A stretch of 64,000 bases of DNA from Trichodelitschia bisporula (lineage: Eukaryota), in assembly GCA_010356995.1 (NCBI GenBank), contig ML996692.1:507933-571932 (forward strand). Reading direction: 5' to 3'. Position 1 is the first letter of the stretch. The number at the start of each line of letters is the position of its first letter. Shown piece by piece: positions 23,780 to 35,842 of this stretch. Both the position numbers and the translations under genes were made by a program. A model generated the notes under the pieces. The model was given only the letters and a program-made list of their open reading frames with translations, had not been told where the DNA came from and ran no database searches.

Positions 23780-24575
23780 GCATTCCAACTGATGCGCAAT
23801 ACATTTGCGGCTTCGGTCGAACATGTGATGTATAAGCCTCGGAGCTGTACTCTACGAGTTGTGCCGCCATCATCCCCTCCACAACAAAATTTCGCCACGA
23901 AAATCGGGTTCAGGGGCGCCGGGAAAATATCACAAACTAAGGGAGGCAGATGGTGGGGTCACTTGATCCGAACGTGGAGGCGTTCCTCTCGATGCACAAA
24001 CGAGAAACATGTACTGGAGGAGGCTCGCTTTCCAAGCGAGATAGATACTGCTCAAGGTTAAAAAGCAGCGTATTCCCGTATCCCGCCTCTGTAAGGTGGC
24101 GGAAGCTTTGCAATAGGCAGGGGCTGGTCACGCGAGGTGCCTCCAAAGACATGAATATATGAGCGTGGACTCCTCCCACGGGCCTGACGCTGATATCGCT
24201 TTGCCGCTTGTTAGGTTTGCTGTGAATGGCGCTGCAGGGTAGAAGAATCGGATCGGGCCATACCTAGCGGAGATCCGAACAATACACCAAGCAAAATAAG
24301 GCTGGATTCAAAAAGCTCGGGCTGACTTCACTCGGAGATGGAAATAGTGGACAGTGAACTGCTATCATATTGCGGTGACGCTTCTGAAGCCTGCGGAAGG
24401 AACAAAGGTCATAAGCTAAACATCCAAGACTATCACTGTGAGCACGGCCGTTACGAGACAGACGGGGAGCGGGCAGAATCGGGGAATTGCAAAACTGACA
24501 AAGGGAAGCCACTGTTGTCCAGGCTCATATCTCTTCCCACGCATCATCATCCTGACCACGTTCTAGCCAGCAAAG

Positions 24576-26755
24576 TCACTTGCTAACTTCAACGAAGGGC
24601 TCGGACATGTATGTCTGCTCGCTGGGTGTGGTTTCAGGCGCCATCTCAGGCGCACTCATGTCGCCCCCGAGTTCCGAAATCCGCGCTCCCATCATGCTCA
24701 TATCCTCAAACCGGTGTCGCACTTTCTCCTCACTCGGCACAAATTTGCCGGCATTGTGCAATCCGCTGCCTTCATGCATGTGCGAAGCAGAGCCAGAGCC
24801 CAAGCCCAGACCGCCGTGCAGGAAGTCCACATCGGGAACGGAAATGCTGCTTGGCTCGAACAAATCGCCACCCGGAAGCGTCCTGTATTTGCGATAGAGA
24901 CGCTCCTCACGCATCACGGCGGTGGCGTCCACGAGGCAGAGAACGTCGTGCTGGGACTGTTAGCGTTTGTCACAAAACGAGGTCAGACAAAACATACAGA
25001 AGCCAGCCTGGGGTCTAGCGAGAAGTGGCCCGAAGGCAGGGCCTTGTATGAAAATCCAAGACGCTGCAGCTCCGCTTCCTCAACCCACTCGGGTCCTACG
25101 ATGAGGTACGCCTGTTCCCCTGGGTTCTTCTTCGGATCCCAGGCGGTATCCTGTGGCGTGTAGTCTTCCTTGAACCGGCGGACGTGAACAGGCAGTGCCC
25201 CGCAAAACCAGGTCTGACCAGACGCTGTGATGGTGTCAGCAGGCCGAAACTGAAAAACGTAAGGCTACTCACCATTGCCACGCATGTATACCGGCTTCCA
25301 TCCGTGCTGGCTGAGCGATTGGAGCAAGTTGTCCGGTCGGAAATGGAATGGCTTCCAGTGGTCTGCTACACCTTGACTAGGCGGGAAACGTCCAAGCCGG
25401 CGCCCGCGACAGATGGGAGGTAGTAGATCATTCGCCCTCCGCTCAGGCGATAGGGAGCGGTTCCGCTCAATTACGACGCGACGAGATCGGAACCTGTTGG
25501 TTTCATCTTCTTCGTCCTTCTTGAAGTCGTTCACGTCTCGCTCAAATGAAGAGTCTTCCACCTCGTCCTGTTCGAGCTGTTTCAAGGCTACATCGGGGAT
25601 TTCAACGGAGGTCCATCTGGCCAGGAGCCATTTCAGGAGCTTCTTTGCATCAATTGAGGAGAGTTTGTCATCGATGCGGAGTTTCCTCGTATGATCGAAG
25701 AGGAATTCCGGATCAAACATCCGTCTGTCATTGGTCCAGATGACATAATATTCCGGTTGATCCTAAACCGCCAAGTCAGTAACATACGGATAATTCTAGG
25801 AAAAGCTTTACCTTCTTCACAGCGTAGTCGGTGTTGAAGTACTCCAGAGTTCGTTGATCAACATAGTCTTTGTGGACCTTTATGAACGGGGTTTGGTCGA
25901 GCCTAGATCCAGGAGGCGGCGGCGGAATAGATCCGAAGTCATTGTCCCGATCAAAGAAGACCCTGTTGCGCACCGGTATGTCGATGGACTCTGTGTCGGC
26001 CTCAGATGATGCCGACGACGACGGGGGGGAGGTATCGGAGTCGGCTGCAACCTCCTTCGGCTCATCGAGCTCCTTGGGAAGCAGAAGGGAGGACAGCCAT
26101 TTATCAACATCCCCGTGTCTCTTCATTATCAAGTACGGTCGCCAAGGACCGAACCGGCCTGGTTCAAGCAGGAACTTGACCTCACGAAGTGCATTCCCAG
26201 CTGCCAATATAGAATTCGTTGCAGTACGCCGGACCATTTCATCCACGCTGTCGGGGCTGTTCCGGGTTAGACTGAGCTTTCAGAGAAGACCGGGTTCGCT
26301 CACCATGCCAAAGCCTTGCCAAATTCCAGTACGCCAGTGAAAAGGCGTACGCTTGCCGCCATGGACCGCGCATGTCTCACAACTCGAAACGACTCTTCGA
26401 TAACAGCAGGCCTTAGAGCCCTGCCTTCCCCCCCTTCGCGCTTCGCAAAGCCATCCAGCTCCGCACTCCCGCGGATCTGCTCAAGCACCTGAACGAACCG
26501 GCTGAGATCCGATGCAAAATCAGAAGTCAGGGCCGTGTACTCATTTGCCAGGATAGCAGCACTGAGCGTTTTGCCGGTGGATGCAATTGTGGCGAATGCA
26601 CTGCCAATCTCGGCATAGTCGTTAAGGATGTCGGTGTTGACGAGAATTCGGGAAGCTTTGAAGTGCCTCGTTGAAAGCTTCAAGAGTTCCGGCACAAGAT
26701 CAGCAAGCTGATGGGCAAGAAAAATGATCTGCTTAGTTTCATCCTGCGGAGCCAT
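24576..26755 (-). CDS. Conserved fungal hypothetical protein, 5 exons
   Basis: Four canonical introns join the ORF pieces in frame. Contains FIKVHKDYVDQRTLEYF...YYVIW...LFDHTRKLR (resembles a recurrent fungal motif, DUF8035-like from memory) and KPVYMRGN|ASGQTWFCG.LPVHV. Confidence 0.7.
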
Positions 26756-28196
26756 GATGATAGGACGTCAGACAATTTTCGGAAGAAGCACAGCAGGTCC
26801 AGCGGATGAGGGGAAGTGGTCAGTTATAAATCCCAGCACGAAGACGCATTTCCCGGCAAGCATCCTGGGAACACGAGCACTGCCTGCGAGCAACCTTCAA
26901 CTGCCTATGAAACATGGGTTGAGGCCCGGATGGGTGTCGTCCACCGGTGAGTCGCACTCCAATCACTACCGTCGACCGGAGACGTCCGCAGTAGGTGTGA
27001 TGCACGCGGCATCTGCCTGGGGAGGAGGGCTGAGGAGCATCGCGGCTGTGCAACGTGCCCCAGGATCCAGATCTTGAGACCAACTGCGTTGTGGGGGCGG
27101 ATTTGGCTGGCATGGTTGGCTCATTGCTTGGAGCGTCGCAGCTTCACCTATGTGGCATAAGGTTGTAGTCGTCAGCCAGCATTCGGTTTCAATCACTGAA
27201 TAGTAGGAAGACATTGAATTTGAGGGGCATGATGCCTTCGAGATTGATAGCTATCGTACTAGGCTGTCTGCTAGTGTCCATCGTGGTTGAGAAGGTGAGT
27301 CGGCCCGTTCAAGGCAGAAGAGCCGGGGTGACGCGATACCTCCTGGTTGACCGTTTCTTGGCAGCTCAGCCTCGCTTCTCTGGAGCTTTGAAGACTTAAG
27401 GATGCTGATACGACCTTAGGAGACGTAAAGTGTCAACTTTGTTCATGTTGCGGAGGTAACTTGATATCAACATCATTTGCAAACACTGCCTTCGGCCAGA
27501 ACTCACAGGTGTCTTACGTCTAAGTGATTGGGATCGAGGATCGTGAACCAGTTGAAGCAGAAGACGTGAGCAGAAAGAGTCAGGGTTGACACAAGAATTT
27601 GGGTCCTGGTCGGTGTGCCACGGGGATCACTCACGTCCCTTTCCATCTTGAGGTCTTTAAGAAAAGTCGAGATAAAGCTTTATGCGACAAGAGCTGCTTG
27701 TTTGAACAGTCACGAAGACGAGCAGGCGCGGAAGCTTAAGGGCTCGAAGCCTTAGAGCCAATTGCCAAAGAAGAGGATGAGCTGCCCAGCCCGGACACCG
27801 TTCACGGCCCCTGATGTCAAGGGCTTTCGTCTCCAGCAATCGTTTAATGGAGACTGCTCTGGGTGTTAGAGTCTGTGAGCTATGAGGTCCTCCAAGCTAT
27901 CAGTTCGATCTTGGAAGTTATAACTTTATATCCAGAGTATGTGTGCCGTTCCTGGACCTAATTGCTCTCCAAGCACTGATGAACTGTAACGTGCAGTCAC
28001 TGATGGGATATAAGCAGTTGGGATGTGCGAGGCAATGCTCAACTGAGCCGATCCACGGTAAGCTTCGATATGACAATTGATTCGAACGATTGGCACCCAT
28101 CGCTTCCAAGGCCAAGTCCAGTGGCTTCCAAAATGTTGGATCGCACTCTACAACGTACCGCTGAGGCAGAAACGCCAAAAAAAAGAGTTGTTTAAC

Positions 28197-28287
28197 CGAC
28201 AGTGACAGGACTCGAACCTGTGCGGCCGAAGCCATATGATTTCGATTAGATTCGAGTCATACCCATTAACCACTCTGGCACACTGCC
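28197..28287 (-). tRNA. tRNA-Ser(CGA) with 10-nt intron
   Basis: GGCAGTG/CACTGTC acceptor stem, A-box AGTGGTTAA, anticodon stem TATGA/TCATA with CT-CGA-A, intron TCTAATCGAA, long variable arm GGCTTCGGCC, T-loop GGTTCGAGTCC, discriminator G, and a T8 Pol III terminator at 28177-28184. Confidence 0.95.
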
Positions 28288-29641
28288 TTTCGTGTTGACT
28301 GTTAAAATAATTGGTCCCCTAAAACTGTTCTAAAAAAAACTCTCCGTGCTTAAGGAAACCATTGATTATTGCCTTATCAACTGGGAAGACCCGCTGTTCA
28401 TGAAATGAAGATACTACGACGCGGCTCTGTCGAACTTGGCACTGGAACGAGGTGTGGGGCGCATCAACTGGAACCCCGCCTGTGCATACTAAACCATCCC
28501 GAATCTGCGTTGACATGATATGGTACTTTCAAGGGCCCTGATCTTGCAGTTATCCGGTACTCATCTATGCTTTGTCTTCAACAAATGCAATAGAAACCCC
28601 AATGAACCTATGGAATCGATAAGAAGAGTTGTCGGACAGCGTTGGGTTGATTTCTTCGGACTCTCGAATTGTGAACTAAGCTATGATGTTTTGGAGTGCT
28701 TATGTGAATCCTTAGGACCTGAAAACCAAAGAAATGTTGCTGTGCCTAGGAAGATCAAACAGTTTGATGTTGCGCCCGGACACGTCGCGACTATCATGAA
28801 CGACCCAGAACCAACTTTTTGAAGCAATGCTCCTGCGACAGAGGCCTCATGCGATAGTACAACATCTTTGGTCACTAGTTCTAGAAGCACTGTGGATTTA
28901 CGCCAAACGGCCTGCCTAGTTAAGGAAGGCTATGAGACCCAGTTTGAGATGTTTCCTGAGGGAGTGAAGTAGCAGAAGCCAGGACTCTGTGGATCCTGTA
29001 AGGAGTTTGATACTCGTCCTAGTGGCGCTGTTCTGCTAGCCAAGAATGTGATACTGCGAGGCTACTGGAAATAATGGAGCTTTGAAGGGACCAAGAGACG
29101 AAAGGGGGAAGCTGGAACTATGTGGCCTGCTTTTCGCCGACGGTACGCTTCGCTACATACCATGGAGTTGTTCGTGCTGAAAGAAACCCAAGCTGCTGCC
29201 ATTCGAGAAGCATGAGCTGTACCTGCTCGGCTAGATTAGCAGACAGTTATCAATCCTGCAGAGTAGCTAAGCAAACGCGTCCCAGTGTGAGGGCATGATG
29301 CTGTGATGGCTACATCGCAAAACTACTGAGACGTCTTGCTTAGCATGTTTGACGGGAGTCAGATCTCAAATGCGTGGAGATTGCACGCCAACGGAGAGAG
29401 TTCAATGTATCGCTTGAAGACGCTCAGTTGTTGACCGTGGGCTGCAGCAGACGGTTATGTTTTGTCCAAGGTCCAAAACCTGGCCCCTGGAAGAATGCCA
29501 AGCCTCACGTCTTTCCCGGCCCAATTTCGCCGAATCCCGCCGTGAAAATGTAGCCAGGTCGAAGCTCAACCCCAACATCACGAGCGCAAGAAACCCCGTC
29601 ACCACACACACTCTTCAACTCGGGCAGGCGACCGATCCACA

Positions 29642-30368
29642 ATGTCCCTCACCGTTTCTCGCGCCATGCTGCGCCGACAGCAATTGGTGCTCCGCCGCGC
29701 CCCGTTCCGCAACGCCTCCTCCGATGCCGCCAGCGCAGCAAAAGAGAGAGCCGCTCAACTGCAGTCCAAGGCATCCGAGGGCCTTTCGCGCGTCACTTCA
29801 TCAGCCGGCGAGGCTATCAGCAAGTACGGTGCTGTTGCTGGCGATGCCATTGGGGCAGTTGGTGGTAGGACTGGTAGGTTACTTGGTTTCGTAGCGTGTA
29901 AGTTTGGCCGGTGACTTTGGGTGCATCAACCATCCCATGCAATGTTTGTGCAGAGAGCTGACAACACCTGTTACCTCAGCTCTTGTCCCCAAGACGATCC
30001 ACTACTCCAAAGTCGGCCTGGAGCTGGGCAAGCTGGTGTTTGAAGGTCAGAAGATGAGCCCACCGTAAGCCATCCCGAATTCACATATGTCGCCAGCTGA
30101 CGTTTCCAGGTCCATGCAAACCTTCCAGAACTACTTCCAACCGCTTCTGAACGGTATTCGGCAACCCGGCACCCTGCTCTCCTCCGCGTCTGCGATTTCC
30201 ATCCAGCCTTCGGCCATCCTTGCGCGTGTCCGTGGCCTGAGCACCCAGGAGCTGGCGACTTACGGTGTCATTGCCGCCGAGGTTATCGGCTTCTTCACGG
30301 TTGGAGAGATCATCGGGCGCATGAAGCTTGTTGGCTACCGGTCAAGTGCCCCGGCGCATGGCCACTGA
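29642..30368 (+). CDS. ATP20: Mitochondrial ATP synthase subunit g, 3 exons
   Basis: Arg-rich presequence, YYSKV-like IHYSKVGLELGKLVFEGQKMSPP, and AAEVIGFFTVGEIIGRMKLVGY. Confidence 0.95.
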
Positions 30369-30665
30369 TTAACGAGGGAAATGTAATTCGGATACACAGG
30401 CTTTTATGGGAACTTCAACTTGCACATAGAGTACCCGATAGGAGCGAATTGAGGTGTCTAAGCGTTGAAAGGGGCTTGTGAGGGACACAATGGAATCACG
30501 CATCACTGTCGAAAGCGCTCGGCTACTATTCGCCTGTATAAGTCTTATGGTCCTAGATTTCCTACTCTGTACAACAGCAATGGATTCCCGAGTCATTCTC
30601 TCTGTGCTTGTTTAGGAGCTGGAGAGCAGTTAGGTAGTGAATGCATCTTATGTGTAGGAGTGTAA

Positions 30666-32420
30666 CTATTTCAAGAAGTCAATCAGCGTGCTAAGCATAT
30701 CTTGAAAGCCCTGGGCTTCCTCATCTTCGTCGGTTTGGCCGTCCAGCTGCTCCTGCAACGTCACCCTGATATCATCGAGGGAGTCATCCGTCTCTGCCAG
30801 CTGCTTGATAATTGCGCGTTTTGCACCGTCATCCTCTGCCACAAGCCATGCAAGGATGGTGTTTGTGGTTTGCAAGCTGTATAAGCCCGCTTCTAGCTTT
30901 CTTGAGAGCCACTCCCCTTGCATCTCCTCCTGTCCCCCCACGTCAAGTGATGCCTTCTCTGTGGAGATCTGGCTTTCAACAGCAGCCATCTTCGACCTGT
31001 AACCCCTCCTTAAGGTCACCAACTTGCCAATCTTTTCATAGTCCTTCTCCATGAACTTGGCTAACGTCCGGATTCGTGCTGCCGAATCTCCTGGCAAGCA
31101 GCGAAGCAGAGCAGCATAGATTCCTAGCAGGTGTTCTGTCGAGGCGTCATCTTGCTTCTTCATGAACATTCCAAACACCGTCTTGAGGCCCTGGGCCTCA
31201 ACGAGCCGCTCGCACACTTCCGCGCCATGCGCGCCACCAACAGCATAATCCAGCATGCGCAGGGCCCTTGGTTTGCTCATCTTGCCTTCGCGGAGCATAA
31301 TGAGCGCAAGCTCAACGCCTTCAGCTTCGATAAATTTCGCCTTGCCCTCTGGCTCGTCAACCAGACACGTCAACGTATCAAACACGTTTTCAACGTATTC
31401 CTCCTCCGATGAGTCCTTCTGAGGGTCGCGGCGACGGTACGGGGCAAGGAGTTGAAGCAAGATATCGACGCCGTCAAGCTCTGTCAAAGCGCGACGGTTT
31501 GGTGTGCTGGTCTGGAGGAGAATGGCGAGGATTTCAGCGGCGTACTGCTTGTTTTGACTCAACGGGGACTCGAGCTTCTGAATTCGGCCGAGTGCCCATT
31601 GCAAGATGGCAGTGTCTTTCCCGATGCGCTCGCACAGTAATGGTTGGGAAGCTAGGGACTCGATAACGCTAAGGGAATGGTAAACACCGCTCCGGTCAGC
31701 TTCTTGCGACTCATCAAAGCGTGAGAAATTCTGCACAAGAAGACTGAGCAGGTCTGATTCGATAGCCGCGTTAACTATGGCGTCCCACTGTTGCTGTGTG
31801 GCTTGGACATCCTCGTCAATCAACTCGCTGATGATTTCGATGGCGTCGATAGCGATGTCCGTGTTTTCGTGCGCGAGCAATGAGACCAGAGACCCCATAC
31901 AGCCCAGGTTCGCAAATTCTTCATAGTGCTCCGGGTGCTCTGACAGGATAGAGAGCGCCTTGATGTCAGTGTCCAAGTCTGCCTCTGAAGCCATAAACTT
32001 TTGTGGATCATCCTCGTACTTGGCCCGCAGTTCGGCGTTCTTTGATATTCTCTTCTCGAAGCTCAGTACTAGCTTACGCAACCATAGCAGGTCGTATTTC
32101 TCTTCCACAAAGGTCTCTTCGCTATCCCGAGCATCGAGAAAGTCGAGTGCTGCTGAGGTACCTTTATCGATACCGCCGCCAAAGAAGCGACCGTCCTCAT
32201 CGTCATCTGGTCCGAACTCATCTTCACCGTCCGGAGGCAGTGCTGGGCCAGCTTCCGTGTCGTCATCAACATCTTCCACCGTCGCCCGACCTTTACCCTT
32301 GACGTCGCCGTTACTTGTGTGCTTCGCCGACTTGTAAAAGTGGCCAGGATCGTGAGAAACTTCGAGTTTACGCTTCGTCGGAAGGGTCGGCTTTTTGAAA
32401 ATCTCATCGATGCTCGTCAT
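30666..32420 (-). CDS. CTNNBL1: Beta-catenin-like protein 1 (CTNNBL1/DUF1716), Prp19/NTC-associated
   Basis: DGRFFGGG, FEKRISKNAELRAKYEDDPQKFMASEADLD, LLAHENTDIAI, EEEYVENVFD and FMEKDYEK. A 54-nt intron (32421-32474) lies immediately before the ATG. Confidence 0.93.
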   Translation of the reverse strand: MTSIDEIFKKPTLPTKRKLEVSHDPGHFYKSAKHTSNGDVKGKGRATVEDVDDDTEAGPALPPDGEDEFGPDDDEDGRFFGGGIDKGTSAALDFLDARDSEETFVEEKYDLLWLRKLVLSFEKRISKNAELRAKYEDDPQKFMASEADLDTDIKALSILSEHPEHYEEFANLGCMGSLVSLLAHENTDIAIDAIEIISELIDEDVQATQQQWDAIVNAAIESDLLSLLVQNFSRFDESQEADRSGVYHSLSVIESLASQPLLCERIGKDTAILQWALGRIQKLESPLSQNKQYAAEILAILLQTSTPNRRALTELDGVDILLQLLAPYRRRDPQKDSSEEEYVENVFDTLTCLVDEPEGKAKFIEAEGVELALIMLREGKMSKPRALRMLDYAVGGAHGAEVCERLVEAQGLKTVFGMFMKKQDDASTEHLLGIYAALLRCLPGDSAARIRTLAKFMEKDYEKIGKLVTLRRGYRSKMAAVESQISTEKASLDVGGQEEMQGEWLSRKLEAGLYSLQTTNTILAWLVAEDDGAKRAIIKQLAETDDSLDDIRVTLQEQLDGQTDEDEEAQGFQDMLSTLIDFLK

Positions 32421-32927
32421 CTGTGCATGATCATTAGCAGCCCGAGCAAATATGTTAGATGGGGATCGACGCACCTTGACGGACGGGCTATCAAGAAGAC
32501 GTACTGTGGCTCTGGATCAAGCGAGCGGTATTTGTGCGGGGTATAGAGAATTGAGCAGTTGATGCATGGGCTTTGCCAGCTCAATGTTAATGGTGGTTGG
32601 ACATTCGTCGACGCTGTCAGTCTTGTCTCCTAGAGGATTGCGACGAGAACGATGGCGCGCGTAAACCTTCCAGGTCTCTATGGAGTCCGTGCGCCATACG
32701 AGGCTCGCGCGGCCCGCTGTGTTGCGGGCCCTCATTGGAGCACGTGATTAGGCGTAGCGGCCTGGTACCGTGACGCGCCTCGAGCAATTATCAAGCCGTC
32801 CGTTTGCTACATTCACTTCTCCCCGAAAATACCACTCCACGTACTTGTACGAAGTTATCTCGAAATTTCATTTTCACACCTCCACAATTCGACTCAATAA
32901 TTACGGTTCCAACTTGTAGCTTCCAGT

Positions 32928-34900
32928 ATGGTGCCCTCACCAGCAGAGCGCGCCAAAGCTGAGGGTTCGCTCCACTTGAAGTGCGGGCATTATCGCAAGG
33001 CAGTAGACGCGCTCACGCGGGTAATCAGATGTTCCCGGCTGAAGTTTTGGTTATACTAATCTTTCCAGGGCCTGTCAGAAGGGCCAAACATGGCTCTTCT
33101 GACAATGAGGTGTAAAGCGTACAAGGAGTGGGGCAACTTCAAGGCAGCCTTGCTGGATGCGAAGGCCATGATCCAGCTACAACGAAGCGAACCGCATGTA
33201 TGGCGTAATGCTCTAATCCATGGAAAATGCTAACCAATATCAAGGGATACATCTATGCTGTCCAGCTGCTCGTCGAAATGCAGAGAGTAGATCCTGCCGT
33301 CGCGACATGTGCATTGGGTTTACGGGATGTTCCCGTCACCCATCATGGCTACAAAGTAGGTCTCTTGGTAACCTCCCGTTAATCCTGCAGCTAACAGCCA
33401 TAGCGTCTCGAGAAGCTTCGTGACTACATGAACGCGATGAGGCCGGTGGAATCGAAGTTGGGAGACCCCAGCGTGCACTTGCCGATGGAGCTCTTTCTCG
33501 AGGTTGTCAGCTACCTCGAATTCCACGAGATTGCGTAAGGCAATAACTCCTTCATTTGTCATTTGTCTAATTCTTTCAGATCATGCGTGCGCATTTCAGC
33601 ACGCTGGAGAGATGTGTTGTCCAGCGCACCCAATCTGTGGAGGGACTTGGACTTTCGGGCTGCTAGCAAGAAGCCCGTCAAGGCATCTTTTGTGTCCAGC
33701 GCGGTCCAAAATGCCGAGGGGACAGTCACGATCGCTAGACTTCGCAAGGTCTACGACGAAAGAATACTCCGCCTGATAGCCACAGTTTGCAAAGACCTTC
33801 GCACTATGGAACTTCACGAGGGGAGGTTCTCCGGTGAATCCGTCATCGAGTGCGCCCAGCTGGCGTATAGTTTGACAACCCTTCGTCTCAGTCGCAACGT
33901 CACGATCACGGTTAGGGATGTGACAAAGGTCTTCAAGTTCCGTCCGGCCATTGCCGTCGCTGAGTTTGGGGACGTCCAAACGGAGGCGACTGTTGCTAGG
34001 GCGACGTGGACGGCCATGCCGAATCTCCACACTTTGAGATTCGGCAATAATGTTTCTCCGGAGGATAACAACAGGTCCGCAAAGGCAAATCTCAACGGAG
34101 TTTCCCTAGTTAGTCTCTTTTATACGCCTATATACGCTCGGTACTAATGTAGCAGGATCGCCTCTTCCCTAGCACGCCCAACCTCAAGCATTTTTCCTTA
34201 GAGGGCTGGCAGTACTCACTCCCCACGAGTGTGAGCCTTGCTCACCTTCAACTCGATGCTCTTATCATCAAGCGATGCAACTTGAGGATAATTGATAACA
34301 TTCCGGCCACTCTTCGACGGCTTTCAGTTGTTCGCTGCGGCTTCCACCATCCGCCGTTATTTCGTCAAAATATGCCTTTCCTGGAGGACCTTGAAATTTC
34401 ACTCGTAAATTTCGATGCCGCAAACGCCGAAGCTCTCGTCTGCAACGCATTTCCTATATGGCAGGAGGCGGCTGTCCCGGCAGGTGCACCTTCCGTGATC
34501 TGGCGCTTCCACATCTCGGATTGTAGTTGGATGGGCATCAACCAGCTGAAGAACATGCTGCGTTCAGAGCGAGTTCTTCAGGCGCAAGACATATCCTTGA
34601 GAAATACGTCCATCGACGATGGAGGCCTGCAGAGCGTGATAAGTATGCATCAGGCCTTCGTCTTCGCATCGACAGCGCTGATCTTGTCTAGGGCTCATGC
34701 CGAATCTGCGACGGCTGGATCTTACAGATACAAAAATCACTGGGTCATCTGTGGGGAAAGTCCTGTTGGCCATTCCGAACCTCCAGTTCCTTGATGTGTC
34801 GCATTGCAGCGGGATAAGCTCCGAAACGCTGGAGTGGGCGCGGAGGCGGTGCCCGGTGGTCAGGCATCATCCACCGGGCCACTCATCGAGCCGCCGATAG
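32928..34900 (+). CDS. TPR / F-box / LRR protein (Pof3/Dia2-like SCF substrate adaptor), 7 exons
   Basis: N-terminal TPR (KAALLDAKAMIQL..|GYIYA), F-box (DPSVHLPMELFLEVVSYL...SCVRISARWR...LWRDLDF) and C-terminal LRRs (MPNLRRLDLTDTKITG..V...PNLQFLDVSHCSGIS). Six GT-AG introns. Confidence 0.85.
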
Positions 34901-35842
34901 TGGGGAGATTAGTGATAGCCATTGCCTCTGTTCATCTCGCGCCGTGGTGGGTGGCATATGTCACGATATTGCTACGGGAGCTGTAATATATTCGGGCTAA
35001 TGTAGCCCTTCAAGTGAAATGTACAGTACTGCCTGAGATGCTGGATATCCATCAAGGTACAATGCACTACCGTACGAACGATATCGGACTTGCCTCCAAG
35101 CGGGATTGTAACAGCTTCTGTGCGTGTAGTTCTACGGATGTACTCGGTATGTAATCCGATGTTAGTTGTTCGTCGTATGTACCTCCGGACGGCACGCGAA
35201 TCAGAGGCCGACGTTGCCATGGTATCCAAGCCAGGCGTGCCAGGATAGTGACGTCTCGAAGTCTGGGCAGTCCCGTGCTGAGGAACAGGGGGGGGAGGGT
35301 TTGCGCCCTCCCCTAAATTTCGAGCACAACCCTAGGTCAGGACCTGAGAAAACATCCGCCGCGGGAAAATCGTGTCTACCATCCCAAGTCGCCCCTTCAC
35401 CCTTCGGCAACCTCGCATCATTTCTTCTATACCCGCTCTGCCCAACCACTTTGTTGCTGGTTTCTGGAAAGGACTCGTGTGCGACCGGATCCATCGAGGA
35501 AGCCCGTTTGGTCCCGGAAAGGAACTTGCCGCCTTTCTCTGTCCACTTTCAGCGCAGCCTTTGACTTGCGACGACCATCGCGCGAGTATCCTTCCATCAT
35601 TAAAAGCTCGCCGACCGGGGCTATTGTTACTTCAGTTCTGCTCCTTTGGCCACGGCGACCCTCGCTTTTTGCTTCCTGGTCTGTGGACGCGTCGCCCAAC
35701 ACATCGCGACACAGGTGTGGCCATAGCCCACCCTCGTATGGACTAGGCGTTTGGCCAACGTGCGAATACGATATAATTGGAGCCGCAAGCTCAGGTGGAC
35801 AGATAAGATTTTGTGTTGCCGCAGTTCCAGCTCGACATTTCG

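Noticed and set aside
28520..28822. 100-aa ORF beside the tRNA as a possible tRNA-targeted retroelement remnant
   Set aside because: No gag/RT/integrase motif, LTR or target-site duplication seen.
32421..32474. N-terminal extension of CTNNBL1 in the ORF track
   Set aside because: It is a GTGCGT...GCTAAT...CAG intron directly before the ATG, and the upstream frame has a stop.
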